DNA of 57,968 nt, filler included, from Dugesia japonica (GCA_001938525.1; 5 parts of 5 records of this genome joined end to end with filler, not necessarily neighbours in it), one strand, 5' to 3'; shown: positions 23,568 through 36,908, counted from the first letter of the whole stretch. The notes: generated by a model not told the origin, from the sequence alone. Made by a program: numbers and translations.

Positions 23568-24779
23568 CGGAATTATCCTGGTCTCTGATTTAATATTTAG
23601 AATTCATTTTCAGTTGTTAAATAATATCCAGGAGCACGATCATCTTTAAAACTCATATCACTCGGATAATTTATAAATAAATTTAAATTTACTTTCTATT
23701 TCGGATAATAGTAACTGGAATAATATCAATCAAATAAAATTTTTGACCAATATAAACGGTGAGTGTAATCAAATTTTGTAAAATTATAACAAATTTCAAA
23801 AATAATTGGAGTAAAACTGAGCTCCTGGAAGCTCGTTTGTAAACTCTCCCGACTGACAAGTGATTAATTGACAAGTGATTTATAAAATCAAAAGTGATTT
23901 ATCAAATCGCGAAATACTAACAAAAGAAATCTGTAACTCGTTACAACTTAGAATTCGAACCAAGAAAATTATTGGTTGCNACTGTGAAATTTAAGTAATA
24001 CCCATGAGGGTAATAACGATGAATATTAAAATTAATTGCAATAATAATGATAGTAACCATGGCAATAAAATAATTTAGCCACAGTAATAACCATTATAAC
24101 TATAATATCAAGACGGAGTTATTTCAGGATCATTGTAAGAAATAGCTCATATATTACAAAATTTTTTAAAATTTTAGAGTATATTAAAATTATTATAGCA
24201 TATTAAAATTTATTCTTAAAATTTGTTAGTATGTGTTTTTAATTCAAATTTAATTAAATGGATTAAGATTGAAATTTAAAATTATTGAATATATATTAAT
24301 AAAATGTTTAAAAAATCATTTTCATAATTCAAATAGTAGCGTTGTCAATTAGGTCAGGTCTACATACCCATCAGAACAAAATAACACAAATCTTATCTAA
24401 CACTAATACACAAAGTATCTGTTATACTTATATTATTCACACCTGAACTAACTCTTTAATAGATAATGACCAGAAATCTTCTTTATTCTTTAATCAATTT
24501 TTAAAAATATTTATCGCAAATAATTATAATACATAATATTTAGGAAAAGTAATTTCGCTATTTGAGTATAAAAATCCAAATCGAAAAGTCATAATGAAAA
24601 ATTTTAACTAATCAAAATAATTACCATTTGCATTTACCACATTTTACTAACGTTCTAAGCGTTATTAATATTGCCTTTAAAGAAGTCAAAGTCGTGGGAT
24701 TCGATAAAAGAAGCAAATGCTTTTTTGAAATAATCTTGATTATTGAACTTATTATTTATTAGGAAATTGTCAAATGATA

Positions 24780-25515
24780 AGAAAAGATGGATATCTATTA
24801 TCTCGGGAGTAATGTGGGGTAAGTAAAGTTGCGTAACACAGCTCCTGTTATTTTTCGAGCGTTAATTTGGCGACATGTAGTCGAGTATTAGGGATTTGCT
24901 AATGCTGCTAGATTTTGATCCAGTTTTAAGTGATAAGCGTCGAGTTAACAAACAGATTACGATGTGATATTTTTTCCAGCTCCAAAGAAATAATTAATTA
25001 AATTAAAATAAACCATATTATAGACTGAAAGCATCTTGGTCCAATCACTCGCCAGTACATCTGGAATTGTCGAATAATACCCATTTCTCACCACAAGTAT
25101 GATTTTTTAAGGAGATCCTCATTTCTGTTTCTTAACAATTAAGATGAGCAAAACGATAGGCGATAAAATTTGATTTTCGCTTTATTTATGAGGGATCCAT
25201 TTTTGCAGTTTTGTAATTTTCCAATTTGTTGCAGGCAGTTATATTGTCTACACCGAGTATCTCTGAAACTGGTTGAGGGCTGGACTCGATAAGGGCTTTT
25301 AAACATTTATGTTCATTGCAGGTGGTCGTCATAATCGATCTTCATCTTAAACTCTTGGGTTTCGAGAACGAAATTTCCTGTTTGAACGCTGACCATCTCG
25401 TTTTCTAATTGAATACCTCCCGCACTTTTAACAAATATTTCACACAACCTTTGATGCATTTCTTTTCAATTTATATTCATACAATTGGCATGCTTGAATT
25501 TGCTTCGTAATCATG
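24780..25515 (-). mobile_element. mariner transposase remnant
   Basis: Fragments RKFRS..DEDR..RPP, WIPHK.SENQ, TCGEKWVLFDN and PHYS.D in mariner order. Confidence 0.75.
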
Positions 25516-25769
25516 GTTTGGTATAACGGGTTATTTATTATTTAAATTAGACTTTAACCTAGGAAAAGGTGAGTTAACTACAAAAATTCCAGAATTCTTT
25601 CCGAAACCTTCTCTTATTTCATAATTATATAACTAATGTTACTCAAAGAATCACTTTTGTCAAAATACAAAGGATAAATAATTTTGAACCCGAGCCCTAT
25701 GATTTTCAAGTATTTTTGAGGCCGAACCTAAAATTAAATATAAAAATTATTCGGTTTTTATTTATATAA

Positions 25770-26567
25770 AAGTTGAATATTTTCTCAAAAAATAATTTTA
25801 AAATAATTATCTCTATCAATTATTTATGCTGGAAATATTTCAAAAAAGATAACAATGAAAAAGCCAATTATAAGATTTATCTTAAAGAAATATCACACAA
25901 AGCATCTTCAATGACATTCTTACACTGTCACCTTGAGCATGTACATTCANTGAAGGTAATTCTAAACGATAATGAAATACTTGCAAAATTATTTAAAGAA
26001 AATATTGAAACTTTAAAAATAGATGCATTTTTAAAATCAGATGGTTTATCAATTTGACAAAATATGTAATTGTGAATTTATATCTGATATCTTAAAGACA
26101 TTAAAATTCATAATTTCAAAGAAGCTAGAGATATTATGAAAATTATACAACTTTATTACGATCAAGTAAAAACAACTAATATTCAAAATATCAAAAGCAA
26201 TCGATTAAAAAAAATCCAAGAATTAGTATATCAATTTTCTGAGTGGACAAGTTTAAGAAATCGAAGATTTTTGAATGTCCACATTTATTACAACGATTTA
26301 AGATAATTTAGAATTAATTCGGTTTAAATGTAGCTGCCAAATTGAAACTGCAATTCAATGACTTAAGAACGGTTTGGATAATATCAATGCATCATTTTTC
26401 ATATTTATTTTAAATCTCTGTTTTNAAAAATCAGGAAAATGAGAAATATCAATTTTAACTATTAATTTATTTTTTAGTATATTAGATTTCTCGAAAATTC
26501 TTGAGTATAACATTTTTATTTTTCATTTTCTCGAGAACGATAATCCATCGAGAAATACGCAACACTA
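25770..26567 (+). mobile_element. hAT-type transposase remnant with ..CAACACTA terminus
   Basis: BED-finger tail STxxL..HL..VH-like (SSMTFLHCHLEHVH), xEWTSLRNRRFLNVH (DEWTS first catalytic Asp region), and end CGAGAAATACGCAACACTA. A related end lies at ~27570-27613. Confidence 0.55.
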
Positions 26568-26596
26568 ATTATAATAAACGAAACTGAAAATTATTA

Positions 26597-27229
26597 CACA
26601 ATACAAACAATCATTTAAAATCAAATAGACTCATTATAATAATTACTTAGATGAATATATCAACCATAATTGGTAGGCAACTCCTGTTGATACTAAATTT
26701 CCTGTATTGCATTCAATTAAATTAATAAAAAATATTCCACCATTTTTCAAAAATTCACTAACAATTTTTTTCATAGCTGTTGTATCTAATATTTGAATAT
26801 CTTTTTTTTGTCTAAAATAATTTCACTCGAATAATCCAGATGAAAATTAAGATTAATTGTGATAATGAGACAATGATCAATCCAATCCAATCCAATAAAA
26901 ATAATTTCTTATTAATCATTTTGTCACTGTAGTAGATGCTACTACGTCCAAGAACTCACCAACTCATAAGTTTCAATTGGGAATGAGTAGGAAATATAAG
27001 CTTGAAAAAGTCCAAAATAATAAAATTACTGATAAATTGATGTTGAACATGAAATGCAACATATTTGAGTCTCACACATCATCAATGATACTAGGAATTT
27101 CTTTCATAGTCAGAAAATGTATATGCATTTGGTATCAACAGGAGTTGCGTACCAATTATGGTTGATATATTTTTTTAACTAATCATTATTATAATGAATC
27201 AATTTGTTAAAAAAAATGATTGTATTGTG
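26597..27229. mobile_element. MITE-like element with ~100-bp imperfect terminal inverted repeats
   Basis: ATATATCAACCATAATTGGTAGGCAACTCCTGTTGATAC (26655-26693) is the near-exact inverse of GTATCAACAGGAGTTGCGTACCAATTATGGTTGATATAT (27132-27170). Homology extends outward to CACAATAC / GTATTGTG. Confidence 0.8.
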
Positions 27230-27719
27230 TTTTATATTTGTATTTCAAAGGAATATTTTTCAAAAATAAATTGTAAAATGAACAATTAATTAATGTTATT
27301 GTTTAAAAATACTTTTATAAGAAATGTAATATTAGGTTTTATTATATACATTTAATATATTTAAAATTACTATTATTCATTTAATAATTTTTTATAGCGG
27401 GATAACGGTTACAGAGTTACTAAAACATTCTCTTAAAAGTCGAAAATGAAAAATTAAATTCATTTTTTAAACAATTTGAAAGTGTATTCTATTAAAATCA
27501 ATGCAATAAATTGTAAAATTCATTTTAATAATAATTAGTTGAACGAATATATCATCCATAGGATTTTATTTCTCATTTTCTAGAAATAATCAATCGAGAA
27601 ATGAACAATACTAATTCAAACTAATTTTTTTATTTATTGTTTTATACATTTTACTAGTTATATTATAATTACAATACAAGTCACGAAACCAGAGAATAAA
27701 AATTCTTCTATTTGTAATT

Positions 27720-27960
27720 ATTTTATCCAAAATGACAATAAAAATGTCGTCTTTTGTAACGAATGTGGGCACAAATTTGTTTGCGCAAAAGAAAACACCT
27801 CAACCATTCGTCGACATTTTTTTATGTCCGTACCATCGACAAGGGTGAACATGATAACTAATTAAAGAACGTTTAAATAATTGATGCTTTTTAGTTAAAA
27901 TTTCAGTTGATAAAACAGTTTCAAAATTAGCTGTAATTGATAGATTTTATTCGTCATTCA
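27720..27960 (+). mobile_element. BED zinc-finger (hAT transposase N-terminus) remnant
   Basis: VFCNECGHKFVCAKENTSTIRRH; VSKLAVID. Confidence 0.55.
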
Positions 27961-30849
27961 TCATCAATAGTCATGATGCTACCATCAAGTTTAAACTGTA
28001 TTGTTTCCTATTGATTAATTTAATCGAGCATCAAATGTTTAGGGTTTTACAAACCCGTAGGCTAATACAGTAACCTTTTGCTTAAAATTATGCATATTAA
28101 TTAATTACAATACCAATTCAAGAATAAAGATTCATTACAATTATTAACTATTTAACAAATCTCTTCAATAAAAATACTTAAAAGAAGTATTTGGATTCAC
28201 AGTAGACTTTCCAAAAAGAAGATCAGAATAATTTTTGAAAACAGATTTACAACTCACAAATTCACATAATTAAAAAATTTTACGTTCAACAAAAAAATTT
28301 CAGTATACACCAGAGCCTCGAGTTGCGTCGTTAATATGTTCCAAAGAAAACACGGCGCAATTCGAATTGTAATGTTATATACATATTTTTATATAATTGG
28401 TTTCGATGAAATCTATATATGTTTAAATGAAAAAAATTATTGGCAATAATAAATTTCATTAAAGCCACTACACCATGAATGAAATTTTATTTTAAAGAAA
28501 TAATATTTCATAAAATATAATTTATAATGAACATAAATTTATAGATTTCATTAAAATAAGATAAGGCTTCGATCAAAACAAAACAAAATTTATTTGAAAA
28601 AAAAGTTCAAATTTTCGACAATAGTCTTCTTTCGATCAATGGTTAAGTCCAAGAATTATTCTCACAATAATTGTAATTATAAATTTATAGAATTTATTCA
28701 GAGTCTAATTTGTAAGTTTCAATCAGATTTAGGTTATTTTTCTCTTCAATAAAATTATGAAGTGTCAATATAATAGCATTTTAGCCAAATAATTTTTTTA
28801 ACAGCTTAAATAAGTATATACAGCTTGTGCTTTTTAACTACCTTTGCACTTCGATTAGCATCTGTATCCCAGCACGAAATATTTCTAATGCTTCAGATAT
28901 TAATTTAATTGCTGAACGTTAAGTTTTTTATTTCTGGTACTTCTAGGAAATTGTCATCATAGTCGTAAATATTTTGATACATTTCAATAAAATCTGCGGC
29001 GCTGACATTTAAAATCTCGTAGAAATCTACTCTGCTGAATCCATCGAAATGAGTTGTTTGAGTTAAATTAACTATTTCTGGTCATATTTTTCTTCACACC
29101 ATTTATACATGAGAATTTTCCTCCACATACCGTTTATACATGATAATTTTGCTTCTGCTCAAGAATCACGCTTTCAATAAATTGTAGTTTTTCCCAAATT
29201 GTGCCCTAGTTTTTTCTTTATCCACGTCGGTAGCTTGTAATAGTCTGTAGAATATAATAAGATTTAAAATTTGAAATTATTCCTTGATATATTGGTTGAA
29301 TTTTTGAAGTTGTGTTTATAGATAAATAAAAATTTGACATCATCTGATAGGAACTTATCTTCAAAATATTCCATATTTCAAAATCGATTAATTAAGGCTT
29401 AATTTTAAAAATCAAAGTTAATTGGTTATTAGGATCACCTAAACAAATAACTCAATAATTAAAAAGTTTTAATAATTATAAAAATTAATTTTCAAATAAA
29501 TTTCCTAAATTGCCAACGATAAAGTGAAAAACTTGCTTAATATTAAATGAATATAAATTAGATTTTACAAATAAATGTTTTTTTTATAAATATTGTTATA
29601 AAAATTGACAAATGAGTAAGTTTGTTAAAAGTTATTTGATTAGAATTTGTAATTAGTATTTAGTGAACGAAATTATTTATCTAGAATAAAATATTAATTT
29701 CTGTTCATCTGTTCATTATTAATTTATATTAATATTAATTTTAATTTCTGTTCATCAAAAGAATTTATTGTAAATTNNNNNNNNNNNNNNNNNNNNNNNN
29801 NNNNNNNNNNNNNNNNNNNNNNNNNNNNNNNNNNNNNNNNNNNNNNNNNNNNNNNNNNNNNNNNNNNNNNNNNNNNNNNNNNNNNNNNNNNNNNNNNNNN
29901 NNNNNNNNNNNNNNNNNNNNNNNNNNNNNNNNNNNNNNNNNNNNNNNNNNNNNNNNNNNNNNNNNNNNNNNNNNNNNNNNNNNNNNNNNNNNNNNNNNNN
30001 NNNNNNNNNNNNNNNNNNNNNNNNNNNNNNNNNNNNNNNNNNNNNNNNNNNNNNNNAAATATATTTCTTATTTACACTTAACATTTAAACCAATCTTCAA
30101 GTTTACTTATTTAACAGTTTCCAATTTATGATAAGCAAATAATAATACTGGGTTGTAATATAAATTTTCGTGATTTTTTAATAAAAATTTTAAACATTCA
30201 AAATTTTAAAAAAATAAGTTAATCAGTAATGCAATCTCCGCTATTAATTGTGACTTATTTTCACCTTTCCAATACGCGATCGATACAATTACATTGGAAT
30301 TTAATAAGACCGGACTCGAAGAATTTGTTGAGTCACTTTGTTTATATCTTTGTCACTGTATAAGGTAATTGACAACATATGTTTAGACAGTGAACGCAAG
30401 GCGATTATCATGAAACTCCTAGCGACCATTGTTATTGTTTTAGGATTAGGGGAAATTAATTACTAATATAATTGCAACTATCCACCCTAAATTTAAGCAT
30501 CTCATCATCGAAGGATAGTACTATGCCTATTTTATTTTCAATATTTTTCTATTTTTTAACTATACAAAACTAAATTAATAATTTTCTGCTTGTGATGCCG
30601 TGTTATAGAAGAAGACTGATAATTACCAACTTTTATTAAAAACAAAAACTGCGCTTTTTATTCGTTATGTTAAAACAACAATTTATTCAATAATAAAATG
30701 TTTTATATATATTCATTTTAAATTGTAATAAATAGATATATTTATATGTGAGAGTGATTCTAAAATAACAGGAAAAATTACATAAAGCGCAATAACTGTA
30801 AATAATATTTTTCTTTTCAGTGTATAAACTTTCTACATCAAGACACTTT

Positions 30850-31200
30850 TGCATCCGATGTTGCTACTTTTCTAAACCTTCCCTGTAAAAATCAGTATCA
30901 GAATGTTGATTTGAACCAATACAGAGCTGCTTTGGTTGCATAATATATACATTCACACATAATTAATTCAGTTGGAATAAAAAATAATCACATGTAGCTA
31001 AATCTAAACTATCGAGTAGATGACAAAATTTCCCATCTAAATTTCACCAAGACACACCTTGATCGACGTGATGCATGTGCTGGCCCATTTTCATAATGGA
31101 AAATGATCTGCTGATTGATATTATTCCGTATTGCAGGCCTCAATTTTTGCAACACTGTTAAGTAATATATACTTTTTGCCATTCATTAATGATTTGTTCA
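30850..31200 (-). mobile_element. mariner transposase C-terminal remnant
   Basis: RPAIRNN..IIFHYENGPAH and DLATCDYFLF. Confidence 0.7.
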
Positions 31201-31655
31201 TTACTCCATTCAAGTTTAACCAATAATTTGATATTTGCACGAATTTCAACACGCAAATTTTACATTTAAAAAAGTAGGCTTTCGAAAAAAACAATCATCA
31301 TCACGAAATTTATAGACAAAATTTTTATATATTATAATTTCAAAAAATTTATAAGCTTTAATAATTAGATTGCTACTCTAAGAATGACTACTCCATTCCT
31401 GTTAGTCTTTGACTAACTCGCACGCACACACATCGATTATGTTTAGAAAAATTCTTGTTAGCGTTTGAATATTTAAATCATAAAAACTAAATGAATCCAT
31501 AAAAGTTTATTTAAAGCCCTAAGATAAATGAATAAAAACTATTATTTAAACAAATTTACTTTTATTCGTTTTCTGAATTTTATTTAAATTAATTTTTAAA
31601 AAATCAATTAGTTCTTAAAACAAGATTATTAAAAAAATAATAGATATCCGTATAA

Positions 31656-32340
31656 CAGTGGTTTTCAAACTTTTTGCTCAGCCTCCTTCAAAAACGATAG
31701 AAAAATCACTTAACCGCAGTTTTTATTATCATAGCAAAACATTAAATTTATCCTGCCAATCATTTCAATGATAACAAGACATATCCATCATCTAATAATA
31801 ATATATGTTTAAGAAAATTTGTTTTTTATTAATAATAGTTTCATAAATTTTTATCATTTCAGGGTATTCATTTAATACAATTATTAAATACTGTCAAAAT
31901 CTCACAATAACAAGATAATGCAAACATTTTTACTTAGTATAATCAAATGTTACTCTGTAATTAGCCTTTACTCCATGATTCTAATGAGATGTGAGCTANC
32001 CTTTTTGAACAAGAAAAATGTATTCTTGGTGAGATTTTGGATATACACTCGAATGTCATCTTCAACATAAAAACTTGATCTGAATTTTCACTTAATCACA
32101 ACCAAATTAGTTTTATCGCGTTGTTAGTAATCTTTTGTGAAAAATTTATTTGTAATTGTATAAGTGTTCAGTATATATTTTTGATGCAATAATAATCAAC
32201 TTTTTTTAACGAGATTTTTAGTATGTTCTAATATTGGTTTTGCATCGATTTTAATTTATTAATATTAACAAGAATTTATTAATAAAATGACGTTTTTCCC
32301 AGAAACGCAAATAAACTAAAATTTGAGGATTATTAATCAG
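31656..32340 (-). mobile_element. hAT Buster/Charlie-like element 3' end
   Basis: TIR CAGTGGTTTTCAAACTTTTT at 31656. The minus-strand C-terminus RSSFYVEDDIRV..SKISPRI..AHISH* resembles the Buster/ZBED5-type RxRLxVExDLR..H.SH end. Confidence 0.65.
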
Positions 32341-34149
32341 TGGTTTTTTAAGGCACTATTGCATTTACTTGTTTTTCTTAGAAATGGTTGCTAACCAAAT
32401 ATGGTTTGCATTCGTATCTGCATATTCTTTGCAATTCCTTGTATGAAAGTCCACAATTTAGCTCGGCTGTATTGTTTAGCAGTTATTCTTGGTCGCTTTA
32501 ATGAAAAATCATGTTTTTCTGCAACTTCAGATACAGCACCATACAACTTCTTAAATTCAGCATCTGCTTCTGCTCTTATATATCTGGTTTTAATTCATCC
32601 AATCCAATCTCAAAATAGTTATTAATATCTGGACAAATAAGTGAATGTTAGAAAGTTCGGAAATAATATTTTCAAAATCATACATTTCTTCTATTAACAA
32701 TTCCAATTGAGAGATTTTTGATGAATTTCCATTGTTAATATTTTGTAACAAAATAAAATGAAATACAGCTTGGAATTGAAAGTCAACCTTTTACAGGCTC
32801 TTAGTTACGTATACTCCTGTTTTTTCTTGGAGAAAAATACTGGTTTTCATAATTAAATTTCATGTCAATTAGAATTTTTCGCAATATGGTTTTAATTGCA
32901 ACACAACATTTTCGTGATTATTTTCTGCGTGATTGAGCATATACGTGTTTACATTTATACTTTCCATTAACTTTTTAGATTTAATAGAAAACTGATAACA
33001 AAACTAAAATTTCAATCCATTTATATATTAATTTTTTTGTGTTAATTATTGTCCTCTAATTTTTCTAATTCAATTGTAATCTGTAACGTATTATAAATAT
33101 TATATTAAAAATTTTATTTCATAAATTATAAATATTTACTACTTACAAAGAATTGATAATAAACTAACATTCATTGAATCATATCTACTTAAATTGACAT
33201 TAAAGAATTATCAGAGATATAATTTTCATGGCAACCGAGCACATGTGACAGACATATTTTATTGACAACTCTGCCTTCAGTTTTTGAGTACTAATTGTAA
33301 TTTGTGACTACATAATATCTTTTCATTAATGTAAAGTTATTAACAAATGCTCTAATCAAAACTTTTTCATTAAAACAATTTGATTCTTTCAATATCTTCC
33401 AAATTTTCTCTAACCTTTTTAACATTGAAATTTTCTGTTAATAATAATTTAGTTCTAATTAATATTAAAAAAAATTATTTTATTGAATGATAAAAAAATA
33501 CTTAAGGCAATTCTAAATTTCGAATACTTAATTTATATTTACTTCAAAACAAACTTAGATTTACAAAAAAAATTCAATACTTAATTCTTTATCTTAAAAT
33601 TTAAAAAACTAAAAACTATAAAAAACATTTAAAAGTTCAAATTAACAAAACAGTATAAAATTCAAATTTGATTTTAGTAAATTTGTCATTAATTAGCAAT
33701 ATTATTAACTAGAATTTATTAGTATATGTATTTTTATTGGGGATGCATGTTATTTTGTCATTCTTGCTCAATAACACTTCACTTTTTCTTCTTTTTCTCA
33801 CTTATTCTTTTCGTATTCTCTATCTTTCGATTAGTATACTTTATTCTTGCACTTAAATTATATTACATCATTATACGAATTAATTTATTATAAAAATTCG
33901 AATATTTATATTCCTATATATTTCGAATTGTTATATTCCTATAGGATACAATCTGTAAATAACTGTAATAATTTTGCCTAATTTTTAAATTTATAATCTG
34001 AATATAATTATTAAATGATTGTTGAATTATTAAGGACAAATTATTGATAAATTTAAAGTAACAATATATAATTACTCTAATATTACATATATAACGCACC
34101 CGTTATAAAGATAAAAGACATTTTATTTAAAAAAGACATACTATCATTT

Positions 34150-34560
34150 AAAATTTTTATTTAAAAACATTTATTTAAGATAGGTTCCATTTGAAGCTAC
34201 GACCTTAGACCATTAATACAACTAACGAATTCCTAGAAAGAATTTTGACTCTTGAAGCAATCTAGCTATCCACTTAATTGAGCGAAACAAATGCTAATCC
34301 GAAGGAGTAATATCCGGGGGATATAGATTGTGATCTAAGACTTCCCAGTTTACTCATTAGTAGTTCTTAACAACCGAATGAACGCGTTTATCATGTTGCA
34401 AAAATATCTTGGTAATTTTGTTATTTTTTCTGAAAAAGCTCGCTTTAAACGAATAAATTGCAATCTATAGCATTTTCCCGTTATGGTTGTAACGAATTCA
34501 CCTGGCTTCACCGAGCTGCTTTGTGTTTTGGATTTTCATAATGTATCCATTTTTCGTTTC
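34150..34560 (-). mobile_element. mariner transposase remnant (internally deleted)
   Basis: KWIHYENPK, FLQHD and NWEVLDHNLYPPDITPSD.HLFRS. Confidence 0.75.
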
Positions 34561-35403
34561 TAGTCACAATTAGATACAAAAACATTTTCTTTGCTGTCAG
34601 TCAATCTATTTTATTTGATAATCGTCTAACATTTAGACATTTCTATAGAACTGACAGATTTGAAATGTTACTATATTATTATTTTCATTTTAGTTCATTT
34701 TAGTTCACAAAATTAGTTCCCTTCATTTTAGTTCACAAATGTTGGTAAATGTCAAATTTTGAATGAATCATAGACATATTAAAATAGTATCAGAACATTA
34801 ATTATTCTCACAAAACTTTATTTATGAACAAGACCACTGTCATTATCTTCAAATATCTAAATGCATCAACTATTTCTAATTTCACAAACATTTAATAAAA
34901 TGAGTAGTCTTGTTTCCTGTTCAACTCGATCTGATGAAAAATTCAAGTTACCTATGGATGAAATGCAGTTAATTTTAACTGGATACTTCGCCGAACTAAT
35001 AAACTGGATCTTAGGTTATTTTTGCCTCTTAACAGTATGAACAAAACTAGTATTAACAAATATGAAATTAGAAAAAAAATTAATTAGTGTAATATCTGCA
35101 CAATTACACATCAAATTTTCAATTTTACCACATTGATGAACGTAACCTGCTTCTCAAAAAATTTGTCTCAAATCATAAAATCCTTCTAAAGACGAGATGA
35201 TAGAACGCAGGGCCAGGGTTTCGGAACACTTTAAATTTAGTTATCCACAATGGACTGAGTATCACTGACATGTTTAATAGAAGAACTATCAAAGTCAGCA
35301 CTTAGATTGTTCATTGTGGAATTGATAGTTCACTATAGACGAATAGTTACAGACTCTAATATTCATATAAGTGAAAAATTCCTTATACTGAATGGATATT
35401 TTT

Positions 35404-35503
35404 NNNNNNNNNNNNNNNNNNNNNNNNNNNNNNNNNNNNNNNNNNNNTTAATTAATTAANNNNNNNNNNNNNNNNNNNNNNNNNNNNNNNNNNNNNNNNN
35501 NNN
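35404..35503. other. Artificial scaffold-joining spacer
   Basis: 44N-TTAATTAATTAA-44N. Confidence 0.95.
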
Positions 35504-35898
35504 TGAAAAAATGGATGAAATTATTGAATATACTGGTAATACAAATGAATTTAAGAATATTATTAAAAGAGATTTAATAAAAATTAATCAACTTTCTATT
35601 ATTAATAAAGCTCGAACTCTCAACTGAACTTTTAGTGAAATATCGTCAAATTGAATCAGTCAAAATTGAAAATTCAATTTTAATTAATTCATCAATATTC
35701 ATTTCTTTACTTCTAGTTCTCTCTAAATATTTTATAAAACTATTCTTATCCGGTGAATAATACAATGTTTTTAATAATATAATAGATGAATTCAAGAATA
35801 TTATATATCTATGATATATAGTTTATCTAATTGAATAATTATTCTCATTAAAATATTGTTTATTATAAAAATCTAATAAATCTTTAATATTTAATTTA
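35504..35898. repeat. Near-identical, internally deleted copy of 36321-36830
   Basis: TGAAAAAATGGATGAAATTATTGAATATACTGG.. and the TCAATATTCATTTCTTTAC.. blocks recur; ~110 bp are missing in the first copy. Confidence 0.85.
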
Positions 35899-36104
35899 NN
35901 NNNNNNNNNNNNNNNNNNNNNNNNNNNNNNNNNNNNNNNNNNNNNNNNTTTATACATAGACTTCGTATATTTTATATACTTCATATAATTCAGATATTTC
36001 ATAATCTTCTTAATCTTTATAAACTTTATAAGAAAAACACTACATCAATGAAAATTCCCCCGTTTATTCGCGCTTTTCCTTCCGTTTCTCCATTTATCTT
36101 AAAA

Positions 36105-36220
36105 AGTTATGAATTTTATAAAAGTAAGAATTTTATAAAANNNNTAAGAATTTTATAAAAGTATGAATTTTTTAAAAAAGTATGAATTTATAAAAAGTAA
36201 GAATAATTTTTAAAAAGCAA
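36105..36220. repeat. Tandem ~16-18-bp repeat (TA[A/T]GAATTTTATAAAA[A]G) x ~6
   Basis: Directly visible; one further copy lies at ~37005-37023. Confidence 0.8.
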
Positions 36221-36461
36221 AAAAAGTTAACAAACTTCACAATGTAGTAAAAATTTTAAAAATCCATTATTTCACTTATTTCTTCCTATTTCTTCTTATT
36301 TTCAATCAATTCTTGTTATTTGAAAAAATGGATGAAATTATTGAATATACTGGTAATACAAATGAATTTANNNNNNNNNNNNNNNNNNNNNNNNNAAAAA
36401 TTAATCAACTTTCTATTATTAATAAAGCAAAACTCTCAACTGAACTTTTAGTGAAATATCG

Positions 36462-36908
36462 TCAAATTGAATCAGTCAAAATTGAAAATTCAATTTTGAC
36501 TAATAAATTAAAAAATATTGGCGAATAATTTCTATTGTTATTCAAATTAAAATTATAATTAATAGAATTATTTAAAATATTTAATTCATTGTTATTAAAT
36601 ATAACGTTTTTAATTAATTTATCAATATTCATTTCTTTACTTCTAGTTCTCTCTAAATATTTTATAAAACTATTCTTATCAGGTGAATAATACAATGTTT
36701 TTAATAATATAATAGATGATTTCAAGAATATTATATATCTATGATATATAGTTGATCTAATTGAATAATTATTCTCATTAAAATATTGTTTATTATAAAA
36801 ATCTAATAAATCTTTAATATTTAATTTATTTAATTCTTCTTTACTTGTTTTAAGCAAATAAATATGAAATATTCTATTATAGACTTCATTAAATGGTAAT
36901 TTACTCAT
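36462..36908 (-). CDS. Orphan ORF downstream of pPolB (Polinton/adintovirus accessory gene candidate)
   Basis: 148-aa open frame with AAAAATG start, on the same strand as pPolB and with similar composition. Overlaps the convergent ORF 36313-36528. Confidence 0.5.
   Translation of the reverse strand: MSKLPFNEVYNRIFHIYLLKTSKEELNKLNIKDLLDFYNKQYFNENNYSIRSTIYHRYIIFLKSSIILLKTLYYSPDKNSFIKYLERTRSKEMNIDKLIKNVIFNNNELNILNNSINYNFNLNNNRNYSPIFFNLLVKIEFSILTDSI

Larger units (their letters stand above)
18497..23600. mobile_element. Endogenous ssDNA-virus-like island (SF3 helicase + two CRESS Reps + PLA2 ORF + orphan ORF)
   Basis: Gene-dense block of five virus-like ORFs in ambisense arrangement, followed on the same scaffold by host-type TE debris. 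Confidence 0.85.

Noticed and set aside
28880-35400. Additional coding-like relics at ~28.9-29.4, 30.2-30.6, 32.4-33.4 and 34.8-35.4 kb
   Set aside because: Probably old TE fragments, but no diagnostic motif could be read with confidence.
36105-36220. Short repeats as CRISPR array (also 42860-42952, 1040-1640)
   Set aside because: No unique spacers, no cas genes, eukaryotic context.
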